This document shows, piece by piece, positions 30,601-40,169 of a stretch of 52,934 nucleotides of DNA (the first letter of the stretch is position 1; every line of letters starts with the position of its first letter). Source of the stretch: Chitinophaga pinensis (GTDB lineage Bacteria > Bacteroidota > Bacteroidia > CAMBQF01); contig CAMBQF010000003.1 of NCBI GenBank assembly GCA_945869825.1, forward strand, positions 1 to 52,934, written 5' to 3'. The position numbers were made by a program, and so were the translations under genes. The notes under the pieces are model-generated. The model was not told the DNA's origin and ran no database searches. It saw only the letters and a list, made by a program, of their open reading frames with translations.

Positions 30601-32040
30601 CATGGGCTTAAACATTTTACCCTCTATGCCCTGCAATGTAAATATGGGCAGGTATACTATTAAAATTATTATTTGTCCAAAAACAGCGCTATTCATCATC
30701 CGCCCCGCCGATTGGTTAACCTCGGTATCCATATCGCCCTGGGTTAGCTTGCTTACCTGACTGAATTTTTTGCTATGGGTAAGCGTGTGCATTACAGCCT
30801 CTACAATAATTACCGCCCCATCTACAATAAGACCAAAATCTAACGCGCCAAGGCTCATCAGGTTGCCGCTAACGCCAAACAGGTTCATCATAATTATGGC
30901 AAACAACATAGCCAGCGGTATTACCGATGCCACCAATAGCCCTGCCCTAAAATTGCCTAAGAAAAGCACCAGCACAAAAATCACAATCAACGCACCTTCC
31001 AGTAGGTTTTTCTCTACAGTGCCGATGGCATTGTTTACCATTTTGGTTCGGTCTAAAAAAGGTTCTATTACCACCCCTTCAGGCAGGTCTTTCTTAATTA
31101 ATTCAATCCGCTCTTTTACATCTTTAATAACGCTGCTACTGTTGCCGCTCTTTACCATCATCACCACACCGCCGGCTACCTCGCCCATGTCATTATAGCA
31201 CAATGCGCCATAGCGTATGGCATTACCAAAGCGCACATCAGCCACATCGCGAATAAATAGCGGGGTGCCATTTTCTGTGCTTTTTACCTGTATGCTTTCA
31301 ATATCGGCAAGGGTGCCCACTAAGCCTTCGGTACGTATGTACTGCACAGTAGGGCCTTTTTCAATGTAGGCTCCGCCGGTATTCTGGTTGTTATTCTCCA
31401 GCGCGCTAAAAATATCAGCAATGGTTACCCCATACGATTTTAGCTTATCGGCATTTACAGCAATTTCGTACTGCTTAAGCTTGCCGCCAAAGCTGCTTAC
31501 ATCGGCCACACCGGCTACGCCTAGTAGTTGGCGACGCACCGTCCAATCTTGTATAGTGCGCAACGCTGTGGCATCATACTTATTCTCATATCCCTCTTTG
31601 GGCCTTACAACGTATTGATAAATCTCGCCAAGGCCGGTAGTTACCGGGCCCATTTCGGGCAAGTCTACCCCCGGGGGCATAAGCGGTTGCACTTTTACAA
31701 GGCGTTCGCTAACCTGCTGGCGCGCCCAGTAAACATCTACATCATCAGTAAAAACCAACGTAACCACCGATAAACCAAAACGCGAAAAGCTACGCATTTC
31801 CATTAAGCCCGGTATGTTGGCGTTAGCCTGCTCTATTGGGTAAGTAATAAGCCGCTCAATATCGGTAGCGCCCATAGCGGGAGCTACAGTAATAACCTGC
31901 ACCTGATTGTTGGTAATATCGGGCACGGCATCTATGGGTAAACGCGTTACCTCGTAACTGCCATAGCCAATAAGGCCAATAACAAACAGGGCAATTATCA
32001 GCTTATTTTTAACTGAAAATTGAATTATCCGGTTTAGCAT
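27691..32040 (-). CDS. CusA/CzcA heavy-metal RND transporter with C-terminal fused TolC-like domain
   Basis: LPIDAVPDITNNQVQ, GLGEIYQY, LGALDFGLIVDGAV and RLRPVLMTA, plus an extension of about 400 aa that looks like an outer-membrane factor. Confidence 0.93.
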   Translation of the reverse strand: MLNRIIQFSVKNKLIIALFVIGLIGYGSYEVTRLPIDAVPDITNNQVQVITVAPAMGATDIERLITYPIEQANANIPGLMEMRSFSRFGLSVVTLVFTDDVDVYWARQQVSERLVKVQPLMPPGVDLPEMGPVTTGLGEIYQYVVRPKEGYENKYDATALRTIQDWTVRRQLLGVAGVADVSSFGGKLKQYEIAVNADKLKSYGVTIADIFSALENNNQNTGGAYIEKGPTVQYIRTEGLVGTLADIESIQVKSTENGTPLFIRDVADVRFGNAIRYGALCYNDMGEVAGGVVMMVKSGNSSSVIKDVKERIELIKKDLPEGVVIEPFLDRTKMVNNAIGTVEKNLLEGALIVIFVLVLFLGNFRAGLLVASVIPLAMLFAIIMMNLFGVSGNLMSLGALDFGLIVDGAVIIVEAVMHTLTHSKKFSQVSKLTQGDMDTEVNQSAGRMMNSAVFGQIIILIVYLPIFTLQGIEGKMFKPMAQTVAFALLGAFILSLTYIPAFSALFLSKKISHKKTISDRIMEGIGRLYQKTLTRALNFPKTILAVTIALFIGAVVTLTFLGGEFIPSLEEGDFAVECRLLTGSNLTANIEATQKASHILLEKFPEVQKVVTKTGSGEIPTDPMPIEASDMMIILKDKSEWTSAQTFNELADKMSKELEAVPGLTTGFQYPVQMRFNELMTGARQDVVCKIFGDNMDSLALFAQKLGEAAGTIDGAKDIFVEPVGGMPQIIISYNRSAMAQYGLNISDVNKVVNTAFAGQSAGLVFEGEKRFDMVVRLQVEKRSNITDVENLLIPTRQGTQVPLYQLASIVSKNGPNQIQREGSKRRIIVGFNVRGRDVQSIVTELQAKVTSDIKLPRGYRIDYGGAFENLNAAKKRLSIAVPISLLLIFLMLYFAFGSIKQGLLIYTAIPLSAVGGIFALAARGLPFSISAGVGFIALFGVAVLNGIVLIAEFNRLRAEGLKDVKRIVTQGTKVRLRPVLMTAFVASLGFLPMAVSNGAGAEVQRPLATVVIGGLLLATLLTLFVLPILYILFESGFKVKKHIVAGLTVIGFMSFGSTASYGQQTLTLQAAIDTALKNNVSLRAQNLQTDYLGKLKGTAWNLQSTAVIGEYGQINSVYNDTRFSISQTIKFPTVYSTQKQLLNEEYKGGQLAVAIKQNDLKKQVSAVFYELLFLDQKKKLLQRADSLFTEFLIKSTQRFNKGESNILEKTTADNLKGKVNLQLTQLQQDYVVLQKQLNYLLNTGVDYIPYQPQFKIELPMVVDSSTLMQHPLAGYLKQQEQVSLYRLKTEKAGLLPDISLGYSNMSIRGIGADNKAYTTTYRFQSAQFGLGIPLFFGAQKAKIGALKIDKQIAQYNYLSGVNSLQTAYSQALANYTKNKQAVDYYEGSALGYADTIIKTASTQLQGGDINYLDWVMLINQAIATQSDYLDAVKALNLSVIDLNALTNK

Positions 32041-32043
32041 AGC

Positions 32044-32532
32044 TTAGTCCTCAACATCTGTTTGATCAATAGCCCCGGCAGCGCTTGTTGCGCCTCCTGC
32101 TATTTCGGTATGGCGAATTTGCCCGCCATAATAGCCCGCTCTTGCCATTGCTGCAAAAGCCAAAACTGTTAAAATCGTACAGGCTATAAACAGGCTTTTG
32201 CGCACAGGCAATTTGCGTATGCTAAAAAACAAGTAAATAGCACATAGCAAGCCTGAGGCCAATGTTAATATTAGTGCAGGCTTTGCAGCATCTTCGTGGG
32301 TATGGATAGAATCTTTAGTAACGCCCGGAATTTTTTTGGCGGTATGTTCTGCGCTCTCGCCGGTGTTGTTAACTACCATGGCGCTCACTGCCAATACTAT
32401 TACAAGGCCGGCAGCAAAATCTTTAAACTTGGGGTTGTTTTTTACTATGGCCCAAACCATAATTGCGCTTGTTATTAACGTGCCCACAATGGGGAAGTGT
32501 GTTAACAGCAAATGAATGTGTGTAGCGTTCAT
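32044..32532 (-). CDS. DUF2231-like 4-TM membrane protein with conserved histidines
   Basis: HIHLLLTHFPIVG, TGESAE, IHTHEDAA and GGQIRHTEI. Start refined to the ATG at 32532. Confidence 0.7.
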   Translation of the reverse strand: MNATHIHLLLTHFPIVGTLITSAIMVWAIVKNNPKFKDFAAGLVIVLAVSAMVVNNTGESAEHTAKKIPGVTKDSIHTHEDAAKPALILTLASGLLCAIYLFFSIRKLPVRKSLFIACTILTVLAFAAMARAGYYGGQIRHTEIAGGATSAAGAIDQTDVED

Positions 32533-32622
32533 TGCTAAATAATTTAATACTGTTAAAATGATAGTTTCCGCGTAAACAGAAAGGCAACCTGTGCAAGGCA
32601 AAACCTAAATCAGAAAAAATTA

Positions 32623-33015
32623 TTAGCAGCTTTTGGGCGGTTGCCAAATGGATGAAAGGTATTGCGAAGACACAAGGGTTTCATCAATTAAAATATGGCT
32701 TATGTACGAATGTTCGATTGGGTTGATGCTAAACTTATGGTTGACCGCCGGAAGGGCGTTCATAACCGTAGCAATAGAATGGTCGTGGGTTTTAAAGGGG
32801 AGTTGCTGGTCGCGTTTGTAATCAGCATCCTGCTCATCGCCACTAAAATAATGCTCGTTGATATAGGCCAAAAAATCAAGCGATTTATCGGTTTGCTTAT
32901 GCTCGAAAAAGTGCTGCACCAACACCGGAGCCTTGAGCAACTGGTGCATTGGCGTAGCCGAAAATAGCACGACACCCAAAAACAATATGGCAATTATCCT
33001 TTTCAACAATAGCAA
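32623..33015 (-). CDS. Conserved hypothetical protein leading the metal-efflux operon
   Basis: QLLKAPVLVQHFFEH, EHY, QLPFK and C-terminal SSIWQPPK, a type often seen upstream of Bacteroidota cusA/czcA. Confidence 0.75.
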   Translation of the reverse strand: MLLLKRIIAILFLGVVLFSATPMHQLLKAPVLVQHFFEHKQTDKSLDFLAYINEHYFSGDEQDADYKRDQQLPFKTHDHSIATVMNALPAVNHKFSINPIEHSYISHILIDETLVSSQYLSSIWQPPKSC

Positions 33016-33079
33016 ATTTAACTTATTAAACCCGCAAAGGCAATTTCCGCAAAAAATTCAGAATGATTTTAAATAGACC

Positions 33080-33115
33080 AAAAAAAAAGCCCGACTAAAA
33101 ATCGGGCTTTTTTTT
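33080..33115. terminator. Intrinsic terminator of recQ
   Basis: A-run AAAGCCCGA-CTAAAAA-TCGGGCTTT T-run. Confidence 0.8.
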
Positions 33116-33128
33116 ATTTGTTGAGGCT

Positions 33129-35339
33129 CTAGTTACCTAAGTCGCTAATAAATTTAAGTCGAACCAGGCGCAACTCTTCGCTGCTGTAAGTTTCTTCGCC
33201 AAACTCTTCAACAGCATCTTCAATGCTGTCAGTTTCAGCCGTGCGGAAGAAATCAAAAATCTCCTGTTGCTCTTCTTCGCCCAACAACTCGTTCAGGTAG
33301 TAGTTAAGGTCTAGCTTAGTGCCAGACGATACGATACTTTCCATCTCGGTAATAAGTTCGTTAGGTGTTACCCCTTTCGCCTCGCATATATCTTCAAGCG
33401 GCAACTTACGGTCAACGCTTTGAATGATGTACACTTTAAGGCCCGACTTGTTTACCACCGATTTTACAACCATATCCTGTGGGCGGTGGATATCATTATC
33501 CTCCACATACTTTTTGATAAGTTCGACAAACGGTTTGCCGAACTTTTGGGCTTTACCTGCGCCAACACCGCTAATGTTTTTCATTTCCTCTAGCGTTACC
33601 GGATACTGAATAGTCATATCCTCTAACGATGGGTCTTGAAACACAACGTATGGTGGCACATTATTTTGCTTAGCAATTTTTTTGCGTAAGTCTTTTAGTA
33701 AGGTAAAAAGGGCATCGTCAGAAGCACCGCCGCCACCTTGGGCTGCTGCGCCGTCTACGCCTTCTTCGTCCTTATCTGTTTCATCAAAATTCTGGTCCTT
33801 TGTCAACATAATTGAATAAGGTTTTTCCAAGTATTGTTTACCTTTTTCTGTTACTTTTAATATTCCGTAGTTCTCAATTTCCTTTGATAAAAAGCCCAAC
33901 ACAGCAGCCTGGCGGGCAACTGCCATCCAGTGGCGTTCTCCCTCTTCAACTCCTTTGCCAAAGATTTCAAGCTCGTGGTGCTTATACTGTTTTATAGCGG
34001 TATTGGTATTACCTACCAGTACATTGGCCACGTGCCTGTCTTTAAACTTCTCTTTAACGGCTAAAACGGCTTCAATTATATCACAAATTGCGTCTTCGCC
34101 CTCAAAAGGTGTTTTGGGGTTACGGCAGTTATCGCACATGCCGTTACAACCCTCTTCATCAAATTCTTCGCCAAAGTAATGCAAAACTATCTTACGTCTG
34201 CAATTTGAACTTTCAGCATAGGCTATAGTTTCTGATATCAATTGCATCCCAATCTCTTGCTCAGCAACGGGTTTGCCCTTTAAAAACTTTTCTAATTTTT
34301 GTATATCATCATAGCTGTAAAAGGTAATACAGTTGCCTTCGCCCCCGTCGCGGCCGGCTCTTCCGGTCTCCTGATAGTAACCTTCCAGGCTTTTGGGTAT
34401 CTCGTGATGGATAACAAAACGAACATCGGGCTTGTCTATCCCCATACCAAAAGCTATAGTGGCTACTATAACCTGGATATCTTCCATAAGGAACTTATCC
34501 TGTGTTTCGGGCCTTGTTTTGGCATCAAGACCCGCATGGTATGGCAGGGCTTTAATACCATTGGCCTGAAGCAAAGCTGCCAATTCTTCAACCTTCTTCC
34601 TGCTCAAACAATAGATAATACCACTTTTGTTTGGATTTTGTTTAATGTACTTAACTATTTCTTTATCAGCATTTACTTTTGGGCGTACCTCGTAGTAAAG
34701 GTTGCTGCGGTTAAATGATGATTTGAATACCCTGGCGGTTTGCATGCCCAGGTTTTTCAAAATATCCTGCTGTACTTTTGGGGTTGCTGTTGCGGTAAGG
34801 GCAATAATAGGCACCTGGCCAATAGCCTCTATAATAGAGCGCAGACGGCGGTACTCCGGGCGAAAATCGTGCCCCCACTCAGAAATACAGTGTGCCTCAT
34901 CAATTGCAAAGAATGATATTTTAATTTCGCGGAAAAAGGCTACGTTTTCTTCTTTAGTGAGCGACTCGGGCGCTACATACAACATTTTGGTGCGCCCGGC
35001 AGTAATATCGGCCTTTACCTTTTCAATTTCTTTTTTGGTAAGCGATGAGTTTAGGAAATGGGCCACTCCATCGTCAGACCCGTAGTTGCGTATTGCATCT
35101 ACCTGGTTTTTCATCAATGCAATAAGTGGAGATACAATAATTGCCGTACCCTCGCTAATTAAAGCCGGCAACTGGTAGCATAGGCTTTTACCACCGCCCG
35201 TAGGCATTATAACAAAGGTATCATTACCTGCTAAAATACTGTTTATTACTTCCTCCTGTTCTCCTTTAAACTTGTTAAACCCAAAATACTGTTGCAAATG
35301 GGTGGCTAAAGGCACCTCAATTTCGTTGTCAATTAACAT
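33129..35339 (-). CDS. recQ: ATP-dependent DNA helicase RecQ
   Basis: MPTGGGKSLCYQLPA, DEAHCISEWGHDFRP, QETGRAGRDG, Zn-binding CDNC and an HRDC domain. Confidence 0.97.
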   Translation of the reverse strand: MLIDNEIEVPLATHLQQYFGFNKFKGEQEEVINSILAGNDTFVIMPTGGGKSLCYQLPALISEGTAIIVSPLIALMKNQVDAIRNYGSDDGVAHFLNSSLTKKEIEKVKADITAGRTKMLYVAPESLTKEENVAFFREIKISFFAIDEAHCISEWGHDFRPEYRRLRSIIEAIGQVPIIALTATATPKVQQDILKNLGMQTARVFKSSFNRSNLYYEVRPKVNADKEIVKYIKQNPNKSGIIYCLSRKKVEELAALLQANGIKALPYHAGLDAKTRPETQDKFLMEDIQVIVATIAFGMGIDKPDVRFVIHHEIPKSLEGYYQETGRAGRDGGEGNCITFYSYDDIQKLEKFLKGKPVAEQEIGMQLISETIAYAESSNCRRKIVLHYFGEEFDEEGCNGMCDNCRNPKTPFEGEDAICDIIEAVLAVKEKFKDRHVANVLVGNTNTAIKQYKHHELEIFGKGVEEGERHWMAVARQAAVLGFLSKEIENYGILKVTEKGKQYLEKPYSIMLTKDQNFDETDKDEEGVDGAAAQGGGGASDDALFTLLKDLRKKIAKQNNVPPYVVFQDPSLEDMTIQYPVTLEEMKNISGVGAGKAQKFGKPFVELIKKYVEDNDIHRPQDMVVKSVVNKSGLKVYIIQSVDRKLPLEDICEAKGVTPNELITEMESIVSSGTKLDLNYYLNELLGEEEQQEIFDFFRTAETDSIEDAVEEFGEETYSSEELRLVRLKFISDLGN

Positions 35340-35582
35340 AAATGATATAAAATTCTGATAATGAGTTAGTTACTCGTTTCCCCTTTCGGAATGTAAAGAT
35401 ATAGAAAAAATTCTCTTAAAATCAAAATAACATTGGTTGTTTTTGTCTTAATAACAGGGTGTTGATAATATAAAAAAGCCGCGCCACGCATAAATTGCTT
35501 TATAGGGGTAAATTAGCCTTTAAATTTATTACAGGCATTAAAGAGGCCTAATAGTTTATTTTAGATACAGTAAAGCAAGCCG

Positions 35583-36470
35583 ATGGACAAGAGCAAAACG
35601 CTTAGTATAGTAATACCGGTATACAACGAAGAAAAATCATTACCAACCGTTTTACCGGAGGTTATAAGTTTTGTGGCAGCCAATAATTACCATTTAATAT
35701 TGGTAAACGATGGGTCAAAAGACCAATCGCTGGCCACAATGTCTGCCTTTTGTAAAGATATGCCCTATTGCACCATTGTAAACCACAAGGTAAACCGGGG
35801 GTATGGCGGGGCTATAAAAAGCGGGGTATTAGCCGCCGAAACCGATTTTGTAATAACTATTGATGCCGATGGGCAACATTACCTTGAAGATGTTACCAAA
35901 CTATTTAGCCACCTGCTTGATACAGATGCAGATATGGTAGTAGGCAGCCGCAAAGGCCAAAAAGAGGCATCAGCATTCCGCGGGGTGGGCAAATCCATTA
36001 TACGAAGTGTCGCTAAAGTATTGATGCCCATAAATATTTACGACATCAATTCGGGCATGAAGATATACAACACAGGACTTGGCAAGCTTTATATTAAACT
36101 TTGCCCAGACTCTATGGCATACAGCGATATTATTGCCCTAGTATTTATAAGCCAACGCCACAGGGTGCTTGAAACACCTATTGGTATAAAAGCACGAGCC
36201 GCGGGCGAAAGCACCATAGGGGCGCGCACTGCCTTTGAAACCATTATGGAGATTTTAAACGTGGTAATTTTGTTTAACCCTATGCGGGTGTTTTTGCCCA
36301 TAGCCATCCTGTCTATGTTTACTGGCATTTTGTGGGACCTGCAGTTTCTTTTTACAGGGCGCGGCTTAAGTATTGGTGCATCTATGCTAATTATTGCCGG
36401 GTTTATATTTTTCTCTATCGGGTTGATAACAGAGCAACTATCGCAAATACGTAAAAGGCAAATTTTGTAG
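35583..36470 (+). CDS. GT2 glycosyltransferase with two C-terminal TM helices (polyprenyl-phosphate sugar synthase-like)
   Basis: SIVIPVYNEE, VNDGSKD, NRGYGGA, IDADGQH and VVGSR. Confidence 0.88.
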   Translation: MDKSKTLSIVIPVYNEEKSLPTVLPEVISFVAANNYHLILVNDGSKDQSLATMSAFCKDMPYCTIVNHKVNRGYGGAIKSGVLAAETDFVITIDADGQHYLEDVTKLFSHLLDTDADMVVGSRKGQKEASAFRGVGKSIIRSVAKVLMPINIYDINSGMKIYNTGLGKLYIKLCPDSMAYSDIIALVFISQRHRVLETPIGIKARAAGESTIGARTAFETIMEILNVVILFNPMRVFLPIAILSMFTGILWDLQFLFTGRGLSIGASMLIIAGFIFFSIGLITEQLSQIRKRQIL

Positions 36471-37297
36471 TGGCTATAACCAATAAAAAATATTACCTAT
36501 TTAGTGTTGACTTAGAGGATGTTAGGGACATGATTGACAATGGTATGCAATACAAAGAAGCCGTTGTAAGCAATACCCAAAAATATCTTGCTTGGCTAAG
36601 TAAACACAAATTTAAAGCCACATTTTTTGTAGTTGGGCGCACCGCCCAGGCATTTCCATCGTTAATAAAAGAAATTGCCGATAGCGGGCACGAAATTGCC
36701 CTGCACAGCCACAACCATGTGCACATTACCAAACTTACACCCGAGCAATTTAAGGCAGATATAACAGCCAATATTAATGCTATACAAAAGGCGGGTGTTG
36801 CAACCGTAAAAGGCTTTAGGGCGCCTACTTTCTCGCTGGTTGAACAAAGTAAATGGGCATATAAAATTTTGCGCAATGCGGGTATCGAATATTCATCATC
36901 AGTAATACCAAATACAAACCCTCTGTTTGGCTGGCAAAATTTTGGTGGCGAACAAATGGTAGACGGGGTGTATGAAATACCAATGAATATAGGCAACAAG
37001 CCTTTTAGTGTGCCATTTGGCGGCGGGGTTTATTTTAGGTTTTTACCATGGCTTATATCTAAGCGTTTGTTTAAAAACACGGCAAAAAAACAACAGCCTG
37101 TTTTAGGATATTTTCATCCGTATGATATAAATACAGAGCAGGAACGTTTTATGCACCCGCACCTAAACAACAACAAGCTTTTAAACAAGCTTATGTATAT
37201 TAACCGCAGCAAAGTATTTAACCGCCTTGACCGGGTTATTGATTTAGGTTTTGAAGTGGTTAGGTATGATGACTATTATAGGATGCAAACAGAATGA
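36470..37297 (+). CDS. Polysaccharide deacetylase (CE4, DUF3473-type)
   Basis: FSVDLED, ATFFVVG, HEIALHSHNH, GFRAP, GGGVYFR and YFHPYD. Confidence 0.9.
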   Translation: MAITNKKYYLFSVDLEDVRDMIDNGMQYKEAVVSNTQKYLAWLSKHKFKATFFVVGRTAQAFPSLIKEIADSGHEIALHSHNHVHITKLTPEQFKADITANINAIQKAGVATVKGFRAPTFSLVEQSKWAYKILRNAGIEYSSSVIPNTNPLFGWQNFGGEQMVDGVYEIPMNIGNKPFSVPFGGGVYFRFLPWLISKRLFKNTAKKQQPVLGYFHPYDINTEQERFMHPHLNNNKLLNKLMYINRSKVFNRLDRVIDLGFEVVRYDDYYRMQTE

Positions 37298-37698
37298 GTA
37301 ATGCTAAGCTATATACAAACGAGGCTGAAAGGCTAAGCCTTTACATTATTGGTAAATCTTGCAATAGCGATGTTGCTGATGGGTATGCTGCTGCGGTAAC
37401 CAAGCTGGATATGGCATTAACACCCGCGCAGGAACAAACCTATAAACGTATGGTTGGCTGGCGCTTTTATATGCGGGCTATTGATGGTGGGTTGGCATTT
37501 ACCAATCGCGAGTCGCTATTGCGGAAACGGATATTTGTAATGCTATGCCTGCTTGAATCATCAAAATACAATACCGAGTACTTTTTGCCACGCAAGCGCA
37601 ACCCCTTTTACTTTTTTGGTATTGGCCTTAATGTGGCCTACGCTTTTTTTACCGCTATAATTGGTATATTAATAATTAAACTGAACAACATTGAATAG
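37294..37698 (+). CDS. Hypothetical protein with C-terminal TM helix
   Basis: 134-aa ORF overlapping both neighbours, suggesting translational coupling. Confidence 0.75.
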   Translation: MSNAKLYTNEAERLSLYIIGKSCNSDVADGYAAAVTKLDMALTPAQEQTYKRMVGWRFYMRAIDGGLAFTNRESLLRKRIFVMLCLLESSKYNTEYFLPRKRNPFYFFGIGLNVAYAFFTAIIGILIIKLNNIE

Positions 37699-39307
37699 CC
37701 CCGAAAGCGCAATAGACTATATTATTGTAGGCTCGGGCTTAACCGGGGCCATGGCTGCGGAAACACTGGTAACAGAAGGGGCTGATGTACTGATGCTGGA
37801 TGTTGCTTATAAAAACGAAACGGGAGTAGAATATCCTACAACCGATTTTTTAAGCATCCGCAAAGAAAATGACAACCAGCGGCAGCTATTTTTAGGCGAT
37901 AATTTTGAGGGAGTACCTTGGGGCGCTATAAAAACAGGAGCGCAGCTTACACCTGGACGAAAATACATTGTAAAAGAACTTGATAAATGGCTTGCTATTG
38001 CCGGTGACACCTTCTTTCCGATGGAAAGTTTGGCTTATGGCGGACTTGGCAATGCCTGGGGTGCAGGCTGCTATATCTTTTCTGATGCTGAATTTGAAAA
38101 AATGGGCATTAGCAAGAGTAAGTTTACTGATAGCTACCAAACCGTGGGTGATAGGATTGGCGTTTCGGCGGGGTTGGATGATGCATTACCGTATACAGTT
38201 GGCGGGCTAAACAATATACTGCCGGCCATAAAGCCCGAAGCTGGGATGCTGGCTATGCTGGAGCGATACACCAGAAAAAAACAAGCACTAAACAAGAAAG
38301 GTTTTTATGCGGGTGTGCCGGGGGTTGCTTTGCTCACAAAAGACAAAGAAGACCGCAAGGCATTTTCGTATAACGACATGGACTTTTGGCACGACAATGA
38401 ACAATCGGTATACAGGCCATGGATGACGGTGGATAAGCTGAAGAAAAAGACAAACTTTCAATTGGAAGAAAGGGTGCTTGTAACCCGCTTTGAAGAAGTT
38501 GGCGACCTTGTAAAAGTTGTATGCACCCATACTGAAAAGAACGAAGAAAAAGAATTTTGGTGCCGTAAATTAGTATTATGTAGCGGTGTATTAGGCACAG
38601 CGCGTATAGTGCTGCGCTCTTTTAAAAAACAACAAACACTGCCGCTAATTTGTAACCCATATGTTTATGTACCAATGATAAACTGGCGTATGCTGGGTGT
38701 AGAAACCCAAAGTCACAAAAGCGGTATGGGGCAGGCGGTTTTGTTTTACGATAAAAAACAAGACAACAGCGATGTTGCAATGGCAGCTATGTTTACCTAC
38801 CGGTCGTTATTGCTGTATAGGTTGATAAAAGAAGCGCCGCTAAACTTTGCCACTGGGCGCGCGGTAATGCAATACCTTGTTCCGGCAATGGTTATAGCAG
38901 GCATACACCACCCCGAATATGGTGGCAGCAATAAGTTTGTACGGCTTGAAAAAGATATAAACTCTGCAACAGGCGACAGGCTATTTGCAGATTACAGGCT
39001 TAGCAGTACTGAAGAAAAGGAAGTGCTGGCAACGGAGGCCAAATTTTTTCAAACTTTCCGCAGCCTGGGGTGCATACCCATACAAAAAATTTACCCGGGC
39101 CATGGCTCTAGCATACACTATGCGGGTGTTTTGCCATTTTCGGCTACAGAAGAGTTATATACAACAGCAGAAAACGGCAGGCTGCACCAAACAAAAAACG
39201 TTTGGGTGGCCGATGGCTCATCTTTTAAATATGTGCCGGCCAAAGGCATATCATTTACCCTTATGGCCAACGCCGATAGGGTAGCTAAACACGCGTTAAA
39301 AAGGTAA
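37691..39307 (+). CDS. GMC-family FAD oxidoreductase
   Basis: IIVGSGLTG, GGLGNAWG, SIHYAG, VADGS and TLMANA. Confidence 0.85.
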   Translation: MNSPESAIDYIIVGSGLTGAMAAETLVTEGADVLMLDVAYKNETGVEYPTTDFLSIRKENDNQRQLFLGDNFEGVPWGAIKTGAQLTPGRKYIVKELDKWLAIAGDTFFPMESLAYGGLGNAWGAGCYIFSDAEFEKMGISKSKFTDSYQTVGDRIGVSAGLDDALPYTVGGLNNILPAIKPEAGMLAMLERYTRKKQALNKKGFYAGVPGVALLTKDKEDRKAFSYNDMDFWHDNEQSVYRPWMTVDKLKKKTNFQLEERVLVTRFEEVGDLVKVVCTHTEKNEEKEFWCRKLVLCSGVLGTARIVLRSFKKQQTLPLICNPYVYVPMINWRMLGVETQSHKSGMGQAVLFYDKKQDNSDVAMAAMFTYRSLLLYRLIKEAPLNFATGRAVMQYLVPAMVIAGIHHPEYGGSNKFVRLEKDINSATGDRLFADYRLSSTEEKEVLATEAKFFQTFRSLGCIPIQKIYPGHGSSIHYAGVLPFSATEELYTTAENGRLHQTKNVWVADGSSFKYVPAKGISFTLMANADRVAKHALKR

Positions 39308-39308
39308 C

Positions 39309-40160
39309 ATGAAAATTGCAATAACAGGCGCATCGGGTTTTATTGGGGCTGAATTGGTTAAGTACCTATCGGCACACCATAGTATTATAGCACTAAAACG
39401 CACACTAAGCAATGCGGCAGGGCAAAACACCGAAGAGCGAAGGTTTGATTTAACAGACGAAAACACATTTAATGCTTTTGACGATGCAGAGGTTTTAGTG
39501 CACTGTGCTTTTATTAAAGCTGATAAAAAAAACAAGCATGCATTGCAAACTAATATTGATGCTACGCTAAAGCTGGCGGCTATTTGCAAGCAAAAAAACA
39601 TACACTTTGTATTCCTATCATCAATGTCGGCACACAGCGATGCATTGTCTGACTATGGAAAACACAAGTTTAACCTGGAACAAAAGCTTGATAATTCCGC
39701 AACCTGCGTATTAAAGCTGGGCCTTGTAATGGGCAATAGTGGCGGGCTTTATAATACCATACAACAAACCATTGCAAAATCGTCTGTTATACCCTTAATA
39801 AGTGGCGGGCAGCAACCCATACAGGTTATCCATGTATCAGACCTGGCAAAGCTTACAGAGAAAATAGCGCAACAAAAAATTACCGGCACCTACTGCGTTG
39901 GATCGGCAAAAGTTTATACGCTTAAGTATATGTATGAAGCTATTGCTGCATCGCTGGGCAAAAAAATAAAATTTGCCAGCCTGCCATTCGGGTTTATGCG
40001 GTTTTCCCTAACTATTGCAGAGGGTATAGGCTTAACCCTGCCCGTAACAACAGAAAATCTTTTGGGGCTAAAGCAGCTGAAGGCCTTTGATACGCAAGCC
40101 GACTTAGATTCGCTGCAAATAACCCTGCTGAGTTTGGAAGAAGCGGTAACAATTTCATAG
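39309..40160 (+). CDS. NAD-dependent epimerase/dehydratase (extended SDR)
   Basis: ITGASGFIG, FLSSMSA and YGKHK. Confidence 0.9.
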   Translation: MKIAITGASGFIGAELVKYLSAHHSIIALKRTLSNAAGQNTEERRFDLTDENTFNAFDDAEVLVHCAFIKADKKNKHALQTNIDATLKLAAICKQKNIHFVFLSSMSAHSDALSDYGKHKFNLEQKLDNSATCVLKLGLVMGNSGGLYNTIQQTIAKSSVIPLISGGQQPIQVIHVSDLAKLTEKIAQQKITGTYCVGSAKVYTLKYMYEAIAASLGKKIKFASLPFGFMRFSLTIAEGIGLTLPVTTENLLGLKQLKAFDTQADLDSLQITLLSLEEAVTIS

Positions 40161-40169
40161 CTTTAACGC

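Noticed and set aside
35480-35500. Sigma-54 promoter upstream of the GT2 cluster (CGCCACGCATAAATTGC)
   Set aside because: It lacks the invariant GG at -24 with GG-N10-GC spacing.
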